The translations under genes were made by a program, and so were the position numbers. 34,486 nucleotides of DNA, from assembly GCA_963716725.1 (NCBI GenBank), contig CAVQUB010000024.1, positions 1 through 34,486 on the forward strand. The letters run 5' to 3'. Of the stretch, positions 9,062 to 20,318 are shown piece after piece (positions within the stretch are counted from its first letter, which is position 1; every line of letters starts with the position of its first letter). This DNA is from an uncultured delta proteobacterium. GTDB lineage: Bacteria > Myxococcota_A > Polyangia > Polyangiales > Polyangiaceae. The notes under the pieces were generated by a model that saw only the letters and a program-made list of their open reading frames with translations, was not told the origin of the DNA and made no database searches.

Positions 9062-9092
9062 TTGCATCCATGCGCATGAAAGCATATATCTT
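9062..9092 (+). promoter_or_regulatory. Promoter overlapped by a palindromic operator (putative SahR-like autoregulatory site)
   Basis: TTGCAT 9062-9067; TATCTT 9087-9092, 6 nt before ATG; imperfect 22-bp palindrome TGCATCCATGCGCATGAAAGCA (9063-9084) with perfect core CATGCGCATG. Confidence 0.6.
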
Positions 9093-9098
9093 CCCGCG

Positions 9099-10094
9099 AT
9101 GCAGTCCCTCCCCGGCAGCGAGACCCGCTGGCAGCTCTACCGGCTGCTCAGCGATCCCGTCCGCCTGAGGCTGCTGGCCCTCGCCGCCGAAGAAGAGCTG
9201 TCGGTGGGTGAGCTCGCGGAGCTGCTCGGCGAGGCCCAGCCCAACGTGTCCCGGCACGCGGCGCCACTCCGGCAGGCGGGCCTGCTCGACGACCGCCGAC
9301 AGGGCACGCGCACCTTGGTTCGGCTCTCGGACGTGGCGTCCCGCGACCCCGTGGTGACGGACGCGCTCGCGGCGGGGCGGCGCATGTGCCAGGCCGAGGG
9401 AAGCCTCGGCAAAGTCGCCGAGGTGGTGGCCTCACGCGACGCCAAGACGCGCGAGTTCTTCGCGCAGCCCGGCGAGAGCGAGGTCGGCATCTCGCCGGAG
9501 CTCCCGCTTTATCTCTCGGCGTTCGCGGGCTTGATCGAAGAGCGCGGGCTGGCCGTCGACGCAGGCACCGGCGACGGAGTCCTGATCGATCTGCTGGCGC
9601 CGATCTACCGTCGAGTCGTCGCCATGGATCGTAGCGCCGCGCAGCTGGAACGAGCACTGCAGCGCGTGCAGGCGCACGGCTACGACAACGTCACGCTGAT
9701 CGAGGATCAGATCGGCGGCGAGCGCGTGTCGGCGGCGGTGGGCGATGGCGCCGATCTCGTCCTGGCCGTTCGGGTTCTGCACCACGCGCCCCGGCCCAAA
9801 GCGGCGCTGGAGGAGCTGGCCGCGCTGGCCCGGCCCGGCGGCAAGGTGCTGGTCATCGACTACGCGCGCCACGAGGACGAGCGCATGAGCGAACAGCAAG
9901 CTGATGTCTGGCTGGGCTTTTCGGAAGAAGAGCTGCGGTCCTTCGCCGAAGCGGCCCAGCTCGAGAACGTGGTCGTCACCCGCGCTCCCACCGGCTTCGC
10001 GCGGGTGGGTGACGACGCTCATTTGCCGTGCCTGACGCTGCTCGGCACCCGGCCCAAGACTTCGGCGAGCTCCCGGGCGCGCCGCCATTCGTAA
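9099..10094 (+). CDS. ArsR-HTH / SAM-methyltransferase fusion regulator (SahR-like)
   Basis: LSDPVRLRLL…ELSVGELAE…QPNVSRH ArsR HTH; VDAGTGDG SAM motif; VLHHAPRP; directly upstream of ahcY. Confidence 0.9.
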   Translation: MQSLPGSETRWQLYRLLSDPVRLRLLALAAEEELSVGELAELLGEAQPNVSRHAAPLRQAGLLDDRRQGTRTLVRLSDVASRDPVVTDALAAGRRMCQAEGSLGKVAEVVASRDAKTREFFAQPGESEVGISPELPLYLSAFAGLIEERGLAVDAGTGDGVLIDLLAPIYRRVVAMDRSAAQLERALQRVQAHGYDNVTLIEDQIGGERVSAAVGDGADLVLAVRVLHHAPRPKAALEELAALARPGGKVLVIDYARHEDERMSEQQADVWLGFSEEELRSFAEAAQLENVVVTRAPTGFARVGDDAHLPCLTLLGTRPKTSASSRARRHS

Positions 10095-10126
10095 CCGATC
10101 ACCGATAGAAAGAAGCAGGAGACACC

Positions 10127-11567
<1,441 letters not shown>

Positions 11568-11583
11568 TTTCTGCCTGAGCCCG

Positions 11584-11613
11584 GTCGCCACGGAGAGCTT
11601 CCGTGGCGACTTT
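11584..11613 (+). terminator. Intrinsic terminator-like hairpin between convergent genes
   Basis: GTCGCCACGGA-gagct-TCCGTGGCGAC, 11-bp perfect stem followed by TTT, 16 bp after the ahcY stop. Confidence 0.7.
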
Positions 11614-11654
11614 GGCGGAGCCATCCGTCGCGTCGCGTTCTGAGGAAAGAGGGG

Positions 11655-12533
11655 CTACTGCCGGGCAAATCTCAGCGAGTGCCCTGCCAAGACAATCACG
11701 TCGCCGTCGTAGATGACCTTGCGCTCCACGCGGCGATCCTGGAACAGGATGCCGTTGGTCGAGCCCATGTCGACGATGTGATAGTGCCCGCGCAGCCACT
11801 CGACGGCGGCGTGCTGGCGCGACACGTTTGAGTCGTTGATGGCGAAGTCCGAGGCGTTGCGGCTCCGGCCAATGATGAACCGAGGCTGCATGATCTGCGC
11901 GCGTTCACCCTCGCAGTACAGATAGACGGGATACGAGGGCGGGCCGTCGCTCATGGGCCCGCCGCTGGGCGCGGGGTGGGCGGGCGGCGCCGGAAAGGGC
12001 GGGGGTCCGGGTTGCGCGCCGTAGGGACGACCAGGCGCGGGGGCGGGTGGAGTGACCGTCGACGGATGCAGGTGCGGCGGCATCGGCGGCGGCATCGGCG
12101 GTGGTGCGCCGTAGCCCTGAGGCGGCGCCGGTGGTGCGCCGTAGCCCTGAGGCGGCGCCGGAGGTGCACCGTAAGCAGGCGGCGGTGGCGCATGGTGCGC
12201 CGGGGGCGGTGGCGCATGGTGCGCCGGGGGCGGTGGCGCATGGTGCGCCGGGGGTGGCGCGTAGGCAACGGGCGGTGGCGCGTAGGCAACGGGCGGTGGT
12301 GCGGCGGAGGGTGTGCGCACCGGCGGCGGGGGTGGTGCGTGATGACCGGGCGCTTGACCCGCAATGAGGGTGGGCTGGAAAGGCGGCGGCGCAGCCGTCT
12401 GGGATCCTTGCATGAACCGCCGCAAGGACTCGGTCACGACGTCGTCGACTGGCCGGCCGCTCTGCCACGCCATGCGCTCGCAGGCAGCCCACAGGTCGTC
12501 GGGGCACACGAAGGATCGAGGTCGGCCAGCCAT
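11655..12533 (-). CDS. FHA-domain protein with N-terminal ribbon-helix-helix-like segment and Pro-rich linker
   Basis: C-terminal FHA (IIGRSR…SNVSRQHA…DMGSTNG); N-terminal RSFVCPDDLWAACERMAWQSGRPVDDVVTESLRRF; TATGAT -10-like box 12 nt upstream of ATG 12533. Confidence 0.85.
   Translation of the reverse strand: MAGRPRSFVCPDDLWAACERMAWQSGRPVDDVVTESLRRFMQGSQTAAPPPFQPTLIAGQAPGHHAPPPPPVRTPSAAPPPVAYAPPPVAYAPPPAHHAPPPPAHHAPPPPAHHAPPPPAYGAPPAPPQGYGAPPAPPQGYGAPPPMPPPMPPHLHPSTVTPPAPAPGRPYGAQPGPPPFPAPPAHPAPSGGPMSDGPPSYPVYLYCEGERAQIMQPRFIIGRSRNASDFAINDSNVSRQHAAVEWLRGHYHIVDMGSTNGILFQDRRVERKVIYDGDVIVLAGHSLRFARQ
12100..12294. repeat. Intragenic tandem repeats: 30 bp x ~2.5, 24 bp x 3, 21 bp x 2
   Basis: GGCGGTGGCGCATGGTGCGCCGGG x3 (12181-12252); GGTGGCGCGTAGGCAACGGGC x2 (12253-12294); these encode PAHHAPPP, PVAYAPP and PPQGYGAPPA units. 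Confidence 0.9.
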
Positions 12534-12585
12534 GGAAGCGGCCGCATCATACCGCTGGCGGCTGCTTTGGAGCATTTTTCGGTGG

Positions 12586-14173
12586 TCACCGGCAGGTCTG
12601 GGTGTTTCTGAGCTCCCGGGCCGGCTCGCACGAAAGCGTCGAGATTTCGCACTCGGCCAGCCAACGCCCCTGTTCCCCGCAGGCCGGACTCGAGGCCGCC
12701 CATCCGGCGTCCGCCCAGCACTTGGTGGGGATCCCGAGGATGGCGCTGCTGTGGCAGCCGCCCGTCACGAAGTCGTCCCGCTTCACGACCTTGCCGTCGC
12801 AATCGAAGTCGAAGCTGCGGTCCCCGCGGTGCTGTTCGTAGTAGCGCGTCTGGCCGGGGTGGGCCTCGGGGTTTTCGTCGTAGCAGTCGAGGGCGTTCGA
12901 CACGTGGCCCGGGGGTTGCTTCGCCGTGCGCAGGCTGACCTGCTTGTCCCCGTAGCCGTCGCGGTCGAGGTCCCGGTACCAAATCGGATCCGCGCAGGGC
13001 AGCGCGTGTTCGTTCGCGAGCTCGGTCAGCCGCTCGTGGAGCGGCGTCAGCACGTCCACGAGCACGCTGCGGAAGCTGTTGTCCGCGCCTGAGCTCGAGA
13101 GAACGGTGCCGGTCAGATTGCGGTTCGCGCACAGGCTGTTGTTCGGCTTTGGGAGCGCGAGCTGGCGCGCAGCGCCCTCGATGGCCTCGATGCTCTGGCC
13201 TAGCGTCGTGCGTTCGTTGTCGCTGAACCCACCGTCCGCGAGCTGCGCCGACGCTCGGATCGGAGCGGCGAGGCTGGGCACCTCGTCGAGCGCGCGACCG
13301 GAGAGCGTTCGGAGGCCGAGCTCGCGGAGCCCCGTCAGGACGTTCCGTCGAGCACGCGCGGCGCGCACGCTGCCGCAGGTGCCTGCACCGGAAAATGCGG
13401 CCGACGCGGGCTCGAGCAGCGCGGCGATGTTCAGCTTCTCCTTGGCTCGGAGCGTCACCGACCAATCGGATGACTTCGCGCTATCGACTTGGAAGCCCGT
13501 GCCCGCTAGGCGGATGGCGAAGGCCCGCCCCGACTTCTGCCGCGATCGCAGGGTGATCACCGGCACCGCTGCCAGGACCTTGGCCGTGTAGACGAGTTTC
13601 TCTGGGCCATCGCAGATGCTCGTGACGCAGGTCTCCAGGCTCTGGCGCGTGGTCGAGCCTTCCGGCGCCAAAGCCAGCTCTTGGGCCAGGATTTCCCCCA
13701 CGCTCGCCAGGACCCGCATCTCGGCGTCTTCGAGCGAGACCTCGAATCTCGAGCTCCCGCTCGTCCTGGGTCTCCGCCCGTACGCTCGGCGCCCAGGGCC
13801 CGAGGAAGCCGAGATCGAGGGAGCCGCCGCGCGCGAGCCGCTGGCGTGACGAGTGGCGGAACCCGAGATCGCCCACGGGCCGCACGTTCATGCGCAGCCG
13901 TGTGGCGGCGTCACCATTGCCAGCGAAGCATGCGTTGACGAAATCGCTGCGCTCCGGGTTGCCTGGCGGTCCGAAGAATCCCGTGACCAAGAAGTTGGGA
14001 ACCGAGAGGCAATTCAAGCCCCGCGTCCGAGAGCTTGCGAGCACGGAGTCGACCGCAGTGCACCAGCCCGGCGGCGGCGCCGGTGGCGGTTCTGGAGGCC
14101 GAGTCGCGGATCCGCCCGCATCGGCGCAAGCGCCCACAAACGCGACCAGGAACCCCAGCGAGCGGCGTGACAT
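12586..14173 (-). CDS. Lipoprotein (528 aa when restored) split by a +1 frameshift at ~13745; putative gasdermin-like N-terminal domain and C-terminal MopE-like metal-binding motif
   Basis: Signal peptide with lipobox FVGA-C16. Deleting one base in GAG ATT C GAG joins ORFs 13481-14173 and 12586-13719 as …ELEIEVSLEDAEMRVL…. C-terminus has WYRDLDRDGYGD…DCYDENPEAHPGQ…DFDCDG. Confidence 0.8.
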
Positions 14174-14187
14174 GTCGGAGGCTCGTC

Positions 14188-14216
14188 ACGATGGGCCGCC
14201 GCGCCTGCTCCGTCAA
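14188..14216 (-). promoter_or_regulatory. Putative sigma70 promoter of the lipoprotein gene
   Basis: TTGACG-N17-CATCGT on the minus strand, 14 nt before ATG 14173. Confidence 0.5.
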
Positions 14217-14230
14217 CCGAAGCGAGGCGC

Positions 14231-14259
14231 TTGATGCCGGCGGCGCCCTCTTCTACGGT
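14231..14259 (+). promoter_or_regulatory. Putative sigma70 promoter of the parvulin gene
   Basis: TTGATG-N17-TACGGT, 9 nt before ATG 14269. Confidence 0.5.
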
Positions 14260-14268
14260 GCGCGCATC

Positions 14269-14589
14269 ATGGCAGAACAAGTCCGTGCTTCTCACATCCT
14301 TCTCATGTACGCCGGCTCGTCGCGCTCCACGGCGACTCGCACCCAGGCCGAGGCACAGGCGCAGATCCAGGGGTTGAAGACCCAGCTCGATGGCGGCGCA
14401 GACTTCGCGGAACTGGCTCGCGCGCACTCGGACTGCCCGTCGGGCAAGAGCGGCGGCGACCTCGGCAGCTTCGGTCGAGGCCAGATGGTGGGAGCCTTCG
14501 AAGATACGGCGTTCGGCATGCCGGTTGGGGCCACCAGTGGCGTGGTCGAAACCCCGTTCGGCTATCACGTCATCCGACGAACGGCCTGA
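14269..14589 (+). CDS. Parvulin-type peptidyl-prolyl isomerase (rotamase)
   Basis: VRASHILL, FAELARAHSDCPS..SGGDLGSFGRGQMV..FEDTAF, VETPFGYHVI. Confidence 0.95.
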   Translation: MAEQVRASHILLMYAGSSRSTATRTQAEAQAQIQGLKTQLDGGADFAELARAHSDCPSGKSGGDLGSFGRGQMVGAFEDTAFGMPVGATSGVVETPFGYHVIRRTA

Positions 14590-14597
14590 CGCGCGGG

Positions 14598-14954
14598 TCA
14601 GCGCTGCCGCTGCTGGTAGGCCTCGCGCAGGGCCCGCACCAGCTCGGCTCGCCCAAGCTGGGTGATGGCCCGGACGGGGTCGATGGGAACGAGGACCGCG
14701 TTCACCGTACGGGCCAGGAGAACCAGCTCTGCGGGGTCGAAGTCCAGCAGAGCTTGGGGGATGATCAGCGCAAAGGGCCGCAGCTCGGCCGCCCGATTCG
14801 TCAGCGACCCCATGTCACACACCTCGAGTCGGGCCCCCGCGGCGATCGCCGTGCTCTGACGACACACCGCCGTGAGGTTCGAATCGAAGCCCGCCAGGAG
14901 CGCGCACGGCACGACGCGGTGCGGAGCGGTTGGGCCGAGGGGAGGCTTGCGCAC
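14598..14954 (-). CDS. Hypothetical protein, possibly a degenerate receiver-like alpha/beta domain
   Basis: 118-aa ORF; TAAGCT -10-like box 9 nt before GTG; pattern AAELRPFALII resembles receiver alpha2-beta3 without the Asp. Confidence 0.6.
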   Translation of the reverse strand: MRKPPLGPTAPHRVVPCALLAGFDSNLTAVCRQSTAIAAGARLEVCDMGSLTNRAAELRPFALIIPQALLDFDPAELVLLARTVNAVLVPIDPVRAITQLGRAELVRALREAYQQRQR

Positions 14955-15010
14955 GACGCGCGGAGCTTACATCGTCGCCACTGTTGCGACCCGAGTATAG
15001 AGTACCTCGT

Positions 15011-15457
15011 ATGCGGTTTTCGACCTCGGCGCTGGCGGTCTGCATGGCACTCTCGGCGAGCGGCACCCAAGGCTGCACGGGTCCACGCGGCGCGCCTCGA
15101 GACGCCGCGGAGATCGCACGGCAGGAGGCTTCGCGTCGCTTGATTGGCGAATGGGTGCTCGTCTCGTACCAGTCCGAGGCACCGCTCGAGCCGATGTTCG
15201 CGGGGCTGCTCGCCGCGCAGATGGGCACGCTCGTGGCGCACTTCGACGGGCAACAAATGAGCGCGACGGGCACGGGCGTCAGCACCCAACGTCGCTATCG
15301 CGTCACCCAAGCGAACGGTGACCGCGTGGCGGTGGTGACCTACGACGAGAGCGGGATCGCTTATGACGCAGAGGGCGAGTTTCGCGGCAACGAACTGTGG
15401 TTCGCCTCACTCACCAGCCCGTGGCGCGGGCGCGGTGTCATGCGTCGCGTTCGCTGA
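15011..15457 (+). CDS. Lipoprotein with lipocalin-like beta-barrel
   Basis: Signal peptide with TQG-C lipobox-like motif; LIGEWVLVSY (lipocalin GxW); beta-strand-rich. Confidence 0.65.
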   Translation: MRFSTSALAVCMALSASGTQGCTGPRGAPRDAAEIARQEASRRLIGEWVLVSYQSEAPLEPMFAGLLAAQMGTLVAHFDGQQMSATGTGVSTQRRYRVTQANGDRVAVVTYDESGIAYDAEGEFRGNELWFASLTSPWRGRGVMRRVR

Positions 15458-15464
15458 GACAGGG

Positions 15465-15857
15465 CTATTTTTGCAGGCGGGCGATGCCGTCGACCGCGAG
15501 GCTCGCCAGCGCCTTCTCGAGATCGGCGACCGGCTCCTCGAACTCCACTGCGACCCGATGGGGCCAAATCCCTTCGGGGTCGTCCTTGTTCTTCTCGACG
15601 CGCACGACCCGCCCCGAGACCTTTCGCTCCTCGCTGCCCTCCGGCGGCAGCTGGACCACGATGTGAACTTGCGCTCCGACCTCCAAGGTCGTCGCTGTCA
15701 CCAGGAGCATGCCCCGGCCGCTGGCGTTGTGGCTGATCGCCATGCCCTCTTCGAGTTCTTCGATCCGGACTGGCAGCCACACGGTGTACCGCGGCGATCG
15801 ACGCTCCACGCGGTCAGGGTAGCTGAACTCGAAAGGCGCGCCCAGGGGGGGGCTCAA
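15465..15857 (-). CDS. Stand-alone PilZ-domain protein (c-di-GMP receptor)
   Basis: ERRSPRY (RxxxR), NASGRG (D/NxSxxG), GRVVRV…VAVEF; TTG start overlaps the upstream stop. Confidence 0.88.
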   Translation of the reverse strand: MSPPLGAPFEFSYPDRVERRSPRYTVWLPVRIEELEEGMAISHNASGRGMLLVTATTLEVGAQVHIVVQLPPEGSEERKVSGRVVRVEKNKDDPEGIWPHRVAVEFEEPVADLEKALASLAVDGIARLQK

Positions 15858-17278
15858 GCCTCGTCGTGCGGGAGACTCACCCTCGGGGCTCGCAGGTAGA
15901 CATAGGGGGTGTAGGCCAGGAAGTTCGAGACCCGGGAGGTGTAGGCGTCCGCGTAGCGCTCGAGCTGCCTCGCCAGATAGCTCTTGTCGAGCCCCGAGCG
16001 CATGAGCAAGCCCCAGCGCGAGTTGAACAGGGTCCCGGCCTCCTCCGCCAGCGGCGCGATCTGGGCGTCGAGGGAGGAGAGCCGCGACTTGGTCTTGCTC
16101 ATCCTCTCCTTGAGCAGTCCCGCGTCGGCGTCCGCGGGCTGGTGGCCGCCGCGTTCGAGTTCCAGGCGCAGTGTCGAGTAGACGTGCTCCTCCTGTTCCT
16201 TGTCAGCCATCAGTCGGCTGAGTTCGGCCTGTTTGTGCCGGAATGCCTCGACATCCACGATCTCTTTCTCGATGTCCCGCACCACCAGCGCTGTCCGCCA
16301 CCGGAGTAGATCTTTGGTCACGTGCACGTCGGAGTACAGATGGTCGCCGACGTACAGGATCTCCTCGGGCGACAAGCCCAAGTGCGCCTCGAGCAGCCGT
16401 GCGTTTCCTCCGAGGTAGGCCCTGCCTTGCTGCACGCCCTCGTCAGCAGGGCGCAAGAGTCCGGTCTCGTCCACGACCTCGAAGATCGGATTGTGCGCCG
16501 TGAAGAAGTCGGGTTTCCGTGCCCGAACCACCGTGAGATCGAAGACCTCGCGCCACGTCGTCCCGCCCGGCAGGTAAGGGTCCAGCGCGTAGCGCATCAT
16601 CGCGCAGGTGTAGCCCCACTCGGAGTTCGTCACGAGCAACAGCCGCTTGCCCGCGTTCTTGAGATCGAGCAGGCACTGTCCCAGCTCCGGGTCGAGCTCC
16701 ACGAAGTCGTCCGGGGCCTTGATGATCTCGGCCTTCAGGTCGCCCTCGGCGTGGGTTCGATCGATGGCGCTTCGCACAATCGCGTAGAGTTCCCCGTAGC
16801 CGATGCCGGTGGGCAGCTTGCCCTGGTCCAGGAGGTCCACGCACTGCGCGTAGAGCAGGGCTTCGGACAAAGAAAATAGCGTGTTCAGGAACACCCAGCG
16901 CGGCTCGCGCAGATCGACCGCGACCCTCGAGTACGTTTCACGTTGCTCGTCGAACTCGAGGAGACGCGTGCCGTGCACGGCACGCGTCACGTAGCCGAAG
17001 CGAGTCGCCTTGACCAAGTTGCCGAGCTGCAGATCCACGGTGAGCCCCAAGATCACGAAGTTCGCGTCGAACTCGAGAGCGGCAACCGGCCAGCCGCGCT
17101 CGCGCAGGCGGGCCCGGGCACGTTCCCAGGCACGCCGCTCCCAGACCTCGGTCTTGTAGTGGACCAGGGTGTAGTCCATGTCGAATCCGACGGCGCGGAT
17201 CGCGCGCAGGTTCAAGGTGCGGTTGCAGAAGATCCGTCGCTGGGCGGCAGGCGGAGCGACATCGTCGGGAGCGGTCAT
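15854..17278 (-). CDS. HAD-IG family (cN-II-like) 5'-nucleotidase
   Basis: IFCNRTLNL..I.AVGFDMDYTL (motif I), LVTNS, ARKPDFF, YVGDHLYSDV, YADAYTSRVSN, LPH; ATG 17278. Confidence 0.93.
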   Translation of the reverse strand: MTAPDDVAPPAAQRRIFCNRTLNLRAIRAVGFDMDYTLVHYKTEVWERRAWERARARLRERGWPVAALEFDANFVILGLTVDLQLGNLVKATRFGYVTRAVHGTRLLEFDEQRETYSRVAVDLREPRWVFLNTLFSLSEALLYAQCVDLLDQGKLPTGIGYGELYAIVRSAIDRTHAEGDLKAEIIKAPDDFVELDPELGQCLLDLKNAGKRLLLVTNSEWGYTCAMMRYALDPYLPGGTTWREVFDLTVVRARKPDFFTAHNPIFEVVDETGLLRPADEGVQQGRAYLGGNARLLEAHLGLSPEEILYVGDHLYSDVHVTKDLLRWRTALVVRDIEKEIVDVEAFRHKQAELSRLMADKEQEEHVYSTLRLELERGGHQPADADAGLLKERMSKTKSRLSSLDAQIAPLAEEAGTLFNSRWGLLMRSGLDKSYLARQLERYADAYTSRVSNFLAYTPYVYLRAPRVSLPHDEA

Positions 17279-17322
17279 TCGACCGGAGCGTACTTTCGCT
17301 CCGGCGCCATCGAAACCCCGAA

Positions 17323-18804
<1,482 letters not shown>

Positions 18805-19033
18805 GCCTACGCTCAGTCGATCGCCACTTTACATCAGGCCCCGTTCAGGCCCCACCATTTGGCGCAAGCGAGCCCGAGGACTTAGCGAAGCGGGTTTTCA
18901 GTATTGAAATGCCCCCGGCTCGTTTCCGCACATTACCCGACCTTGGGGCAGGGGCCGCGCCGCAGCTCCGGCCGCGACCCCCACTTGCTCCGAAGCTGGA
19001 CTGAGAGGAAGATCGTGCATTGCGGCCGGACGA

Positions 19034-20311
19034 ATGAGCTCACCAAGTGCAGAGCGTGGATCAGGGCCTGACGACCCCCCGTCGGGAATCACGACCGTAC
19101 CCGGTCAGTATCGGGCCGGCGAGATCATCGACGAGAAGTACATCCTGATCCGCAAGATCGGTGAAGGCGGCATGGGCGCCGTCTGGGTCGCTCACAACAG
19201 CGTGCTGGACGTGCACTGTGCGGTGAAGCTGATCGAGGCGGGCTCGAGGCAAGTCGCCGAGCGCCTGCTGGAAGAAGCGCGCGCCGCCGCCCGCCTCGGG
19301 CACCCGGCCATCGTGCGTGTGCTGGACTATGGCGAGACGGCGCGCGGTGATCCCTTCATCGCGATGGAACTCCTCGACGGCGAGGATCTGGCTCAGCTGA
19401 TGGAACGTCTGGGTCGCCTGCCGCCGGTGGCAGCGGTCCAGATGTTGCTGCCCATAGCGCACGCGCTCGCGGCGGCCCACGCCAAGGGCATCGTGCATCG
19501 CGACGTCAAGCCCGAGAACATCTTCTTGGCACGCGATGAGGTAACGACCACCCAGCCCAAGCTACTCGACTTCGGCATCGTCAAGGTCGAGCACGCCAAC
19601 AGACGCTTGACCATCGCCGGCTCGGTCTTGGGCACGCCCGACTACATGTCCCCCGAGCAAGCCAAGGGCGAGGACATCAACGGACAGACGGACGTCTGGG
19701 CCTTCGGCGTGGTGGTGCACGAGTTGATCGCCGGCGCTCGCCCCTTCGACGGCGACAACTACAACGCGCTGATGTACGCCATCATCAACGCCGAGCCGAA
19801 GAGTCTCCTGGAGCTGGGTTTCGCCGACGCCGAGCTGTCAGCCATCGTGCAGCGGGCCTTGCGCAAAGACACGGTCGACCGTTGGCCCAGCATGCGCGAA
19901 CTGGGCGAAGAACTCGCGCTCTGGCTCGAGAGCGGGGGCATCAGCGAGGACATCACCGGCGCCTCGCTGCGGCGGAGTTGGCTGGCGGACACCGAGAGCA
20001 AACGCATCGAGCTTCCCTCGTACGTGCGCGATTCGCTCAAAGTCGCAGCCGGCGAAGCGCCACCCTCTCGGCGGGTGTCCAACGCCCACCGCCGCGCGTC
20101 TACCCAGGCGCAGCCCGCACCCGGCGCCAGCAAGCAGCCCAGCGAGCAGAGCCTGGTCGCCATCGCTCAGCTGCACGCAGTCGGCGACCCCGAGGTGATC
20201 CTCCACCGAGACGCGCGGCGCCGGAACGTCGCCGTCGTGCTCGGATTGCTGGTGGTTGTGCTGGCGAGCGTCTCGGGAGTGTTGATCGGCACCGGGATCA
20301 TCGCGCTCTGA
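19034..20311 (+). CDS. Hanks-type Ser/Thr protein kinase with C-terminal TM anchor
   Basis: GEGGMG, AVKL, HRDVKPEN, DFG, GTPDYMSPE, DVWAFG; terminal hydrophobic helix. Confidence 0.95.
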   Translation: MSSPSAERGSGPDDPPSGITTVPGQYRAGEIIDEKYILIRKIGEGGMGAVWVAHNSVLDVHCAVKLIEAGSRQVAERLLEEARAAARLGHPAIVRVLDYGETARGDPFIAMELLDGEDLAQLMERLGRLPPVAAVQMLLPIAHALAAAHAKGIVHRDVKPENIFLARDEVTTTQPKLLDFGIVKVEHANRRLTIAGSVLGTPDYMSPEQAKGEDINGQTDVWAFGVVVHELIAGARPFDGDNYNALMYAIINAEPKSLLELGFADAELSAIVQRALRKDTVDRWPSMRELGEELALWLESGGISEDITGASLRRSWLADTESKRIELPSYVRDSLKVAAGEAPPSRRVSNAHRRASTQAQPAPGASKQPSEQSLVAIAQLHAVGDPEVILHRDARRRNVAVVLGLLVVVLASVSGVLIGTGIIAL

Positions 20312-20318
20312 GCCGCGC

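Noticed and set aside
10095..10126. SAH/SAM riboswitch ahead of ahcY
   Set aside because: The 32-bp gap holds only an RBS. Control is better explained by the SahR-like regulator.
12100..12294. Repeat arrays (also 25099-25182 and 29253-29321) as possible CRISPR
   Set aside because: Head-to-tail in-frame coding repeats with no unique spacers; no cas genes in the window.
13481..13744. C-terminal part of the 230-aa ORF (RGLARRRRDAGPGERGG…)
   Set aside because: Out-of-frame product after the 1-bp insertion. The coding frame continues in ORF 12586-13719.
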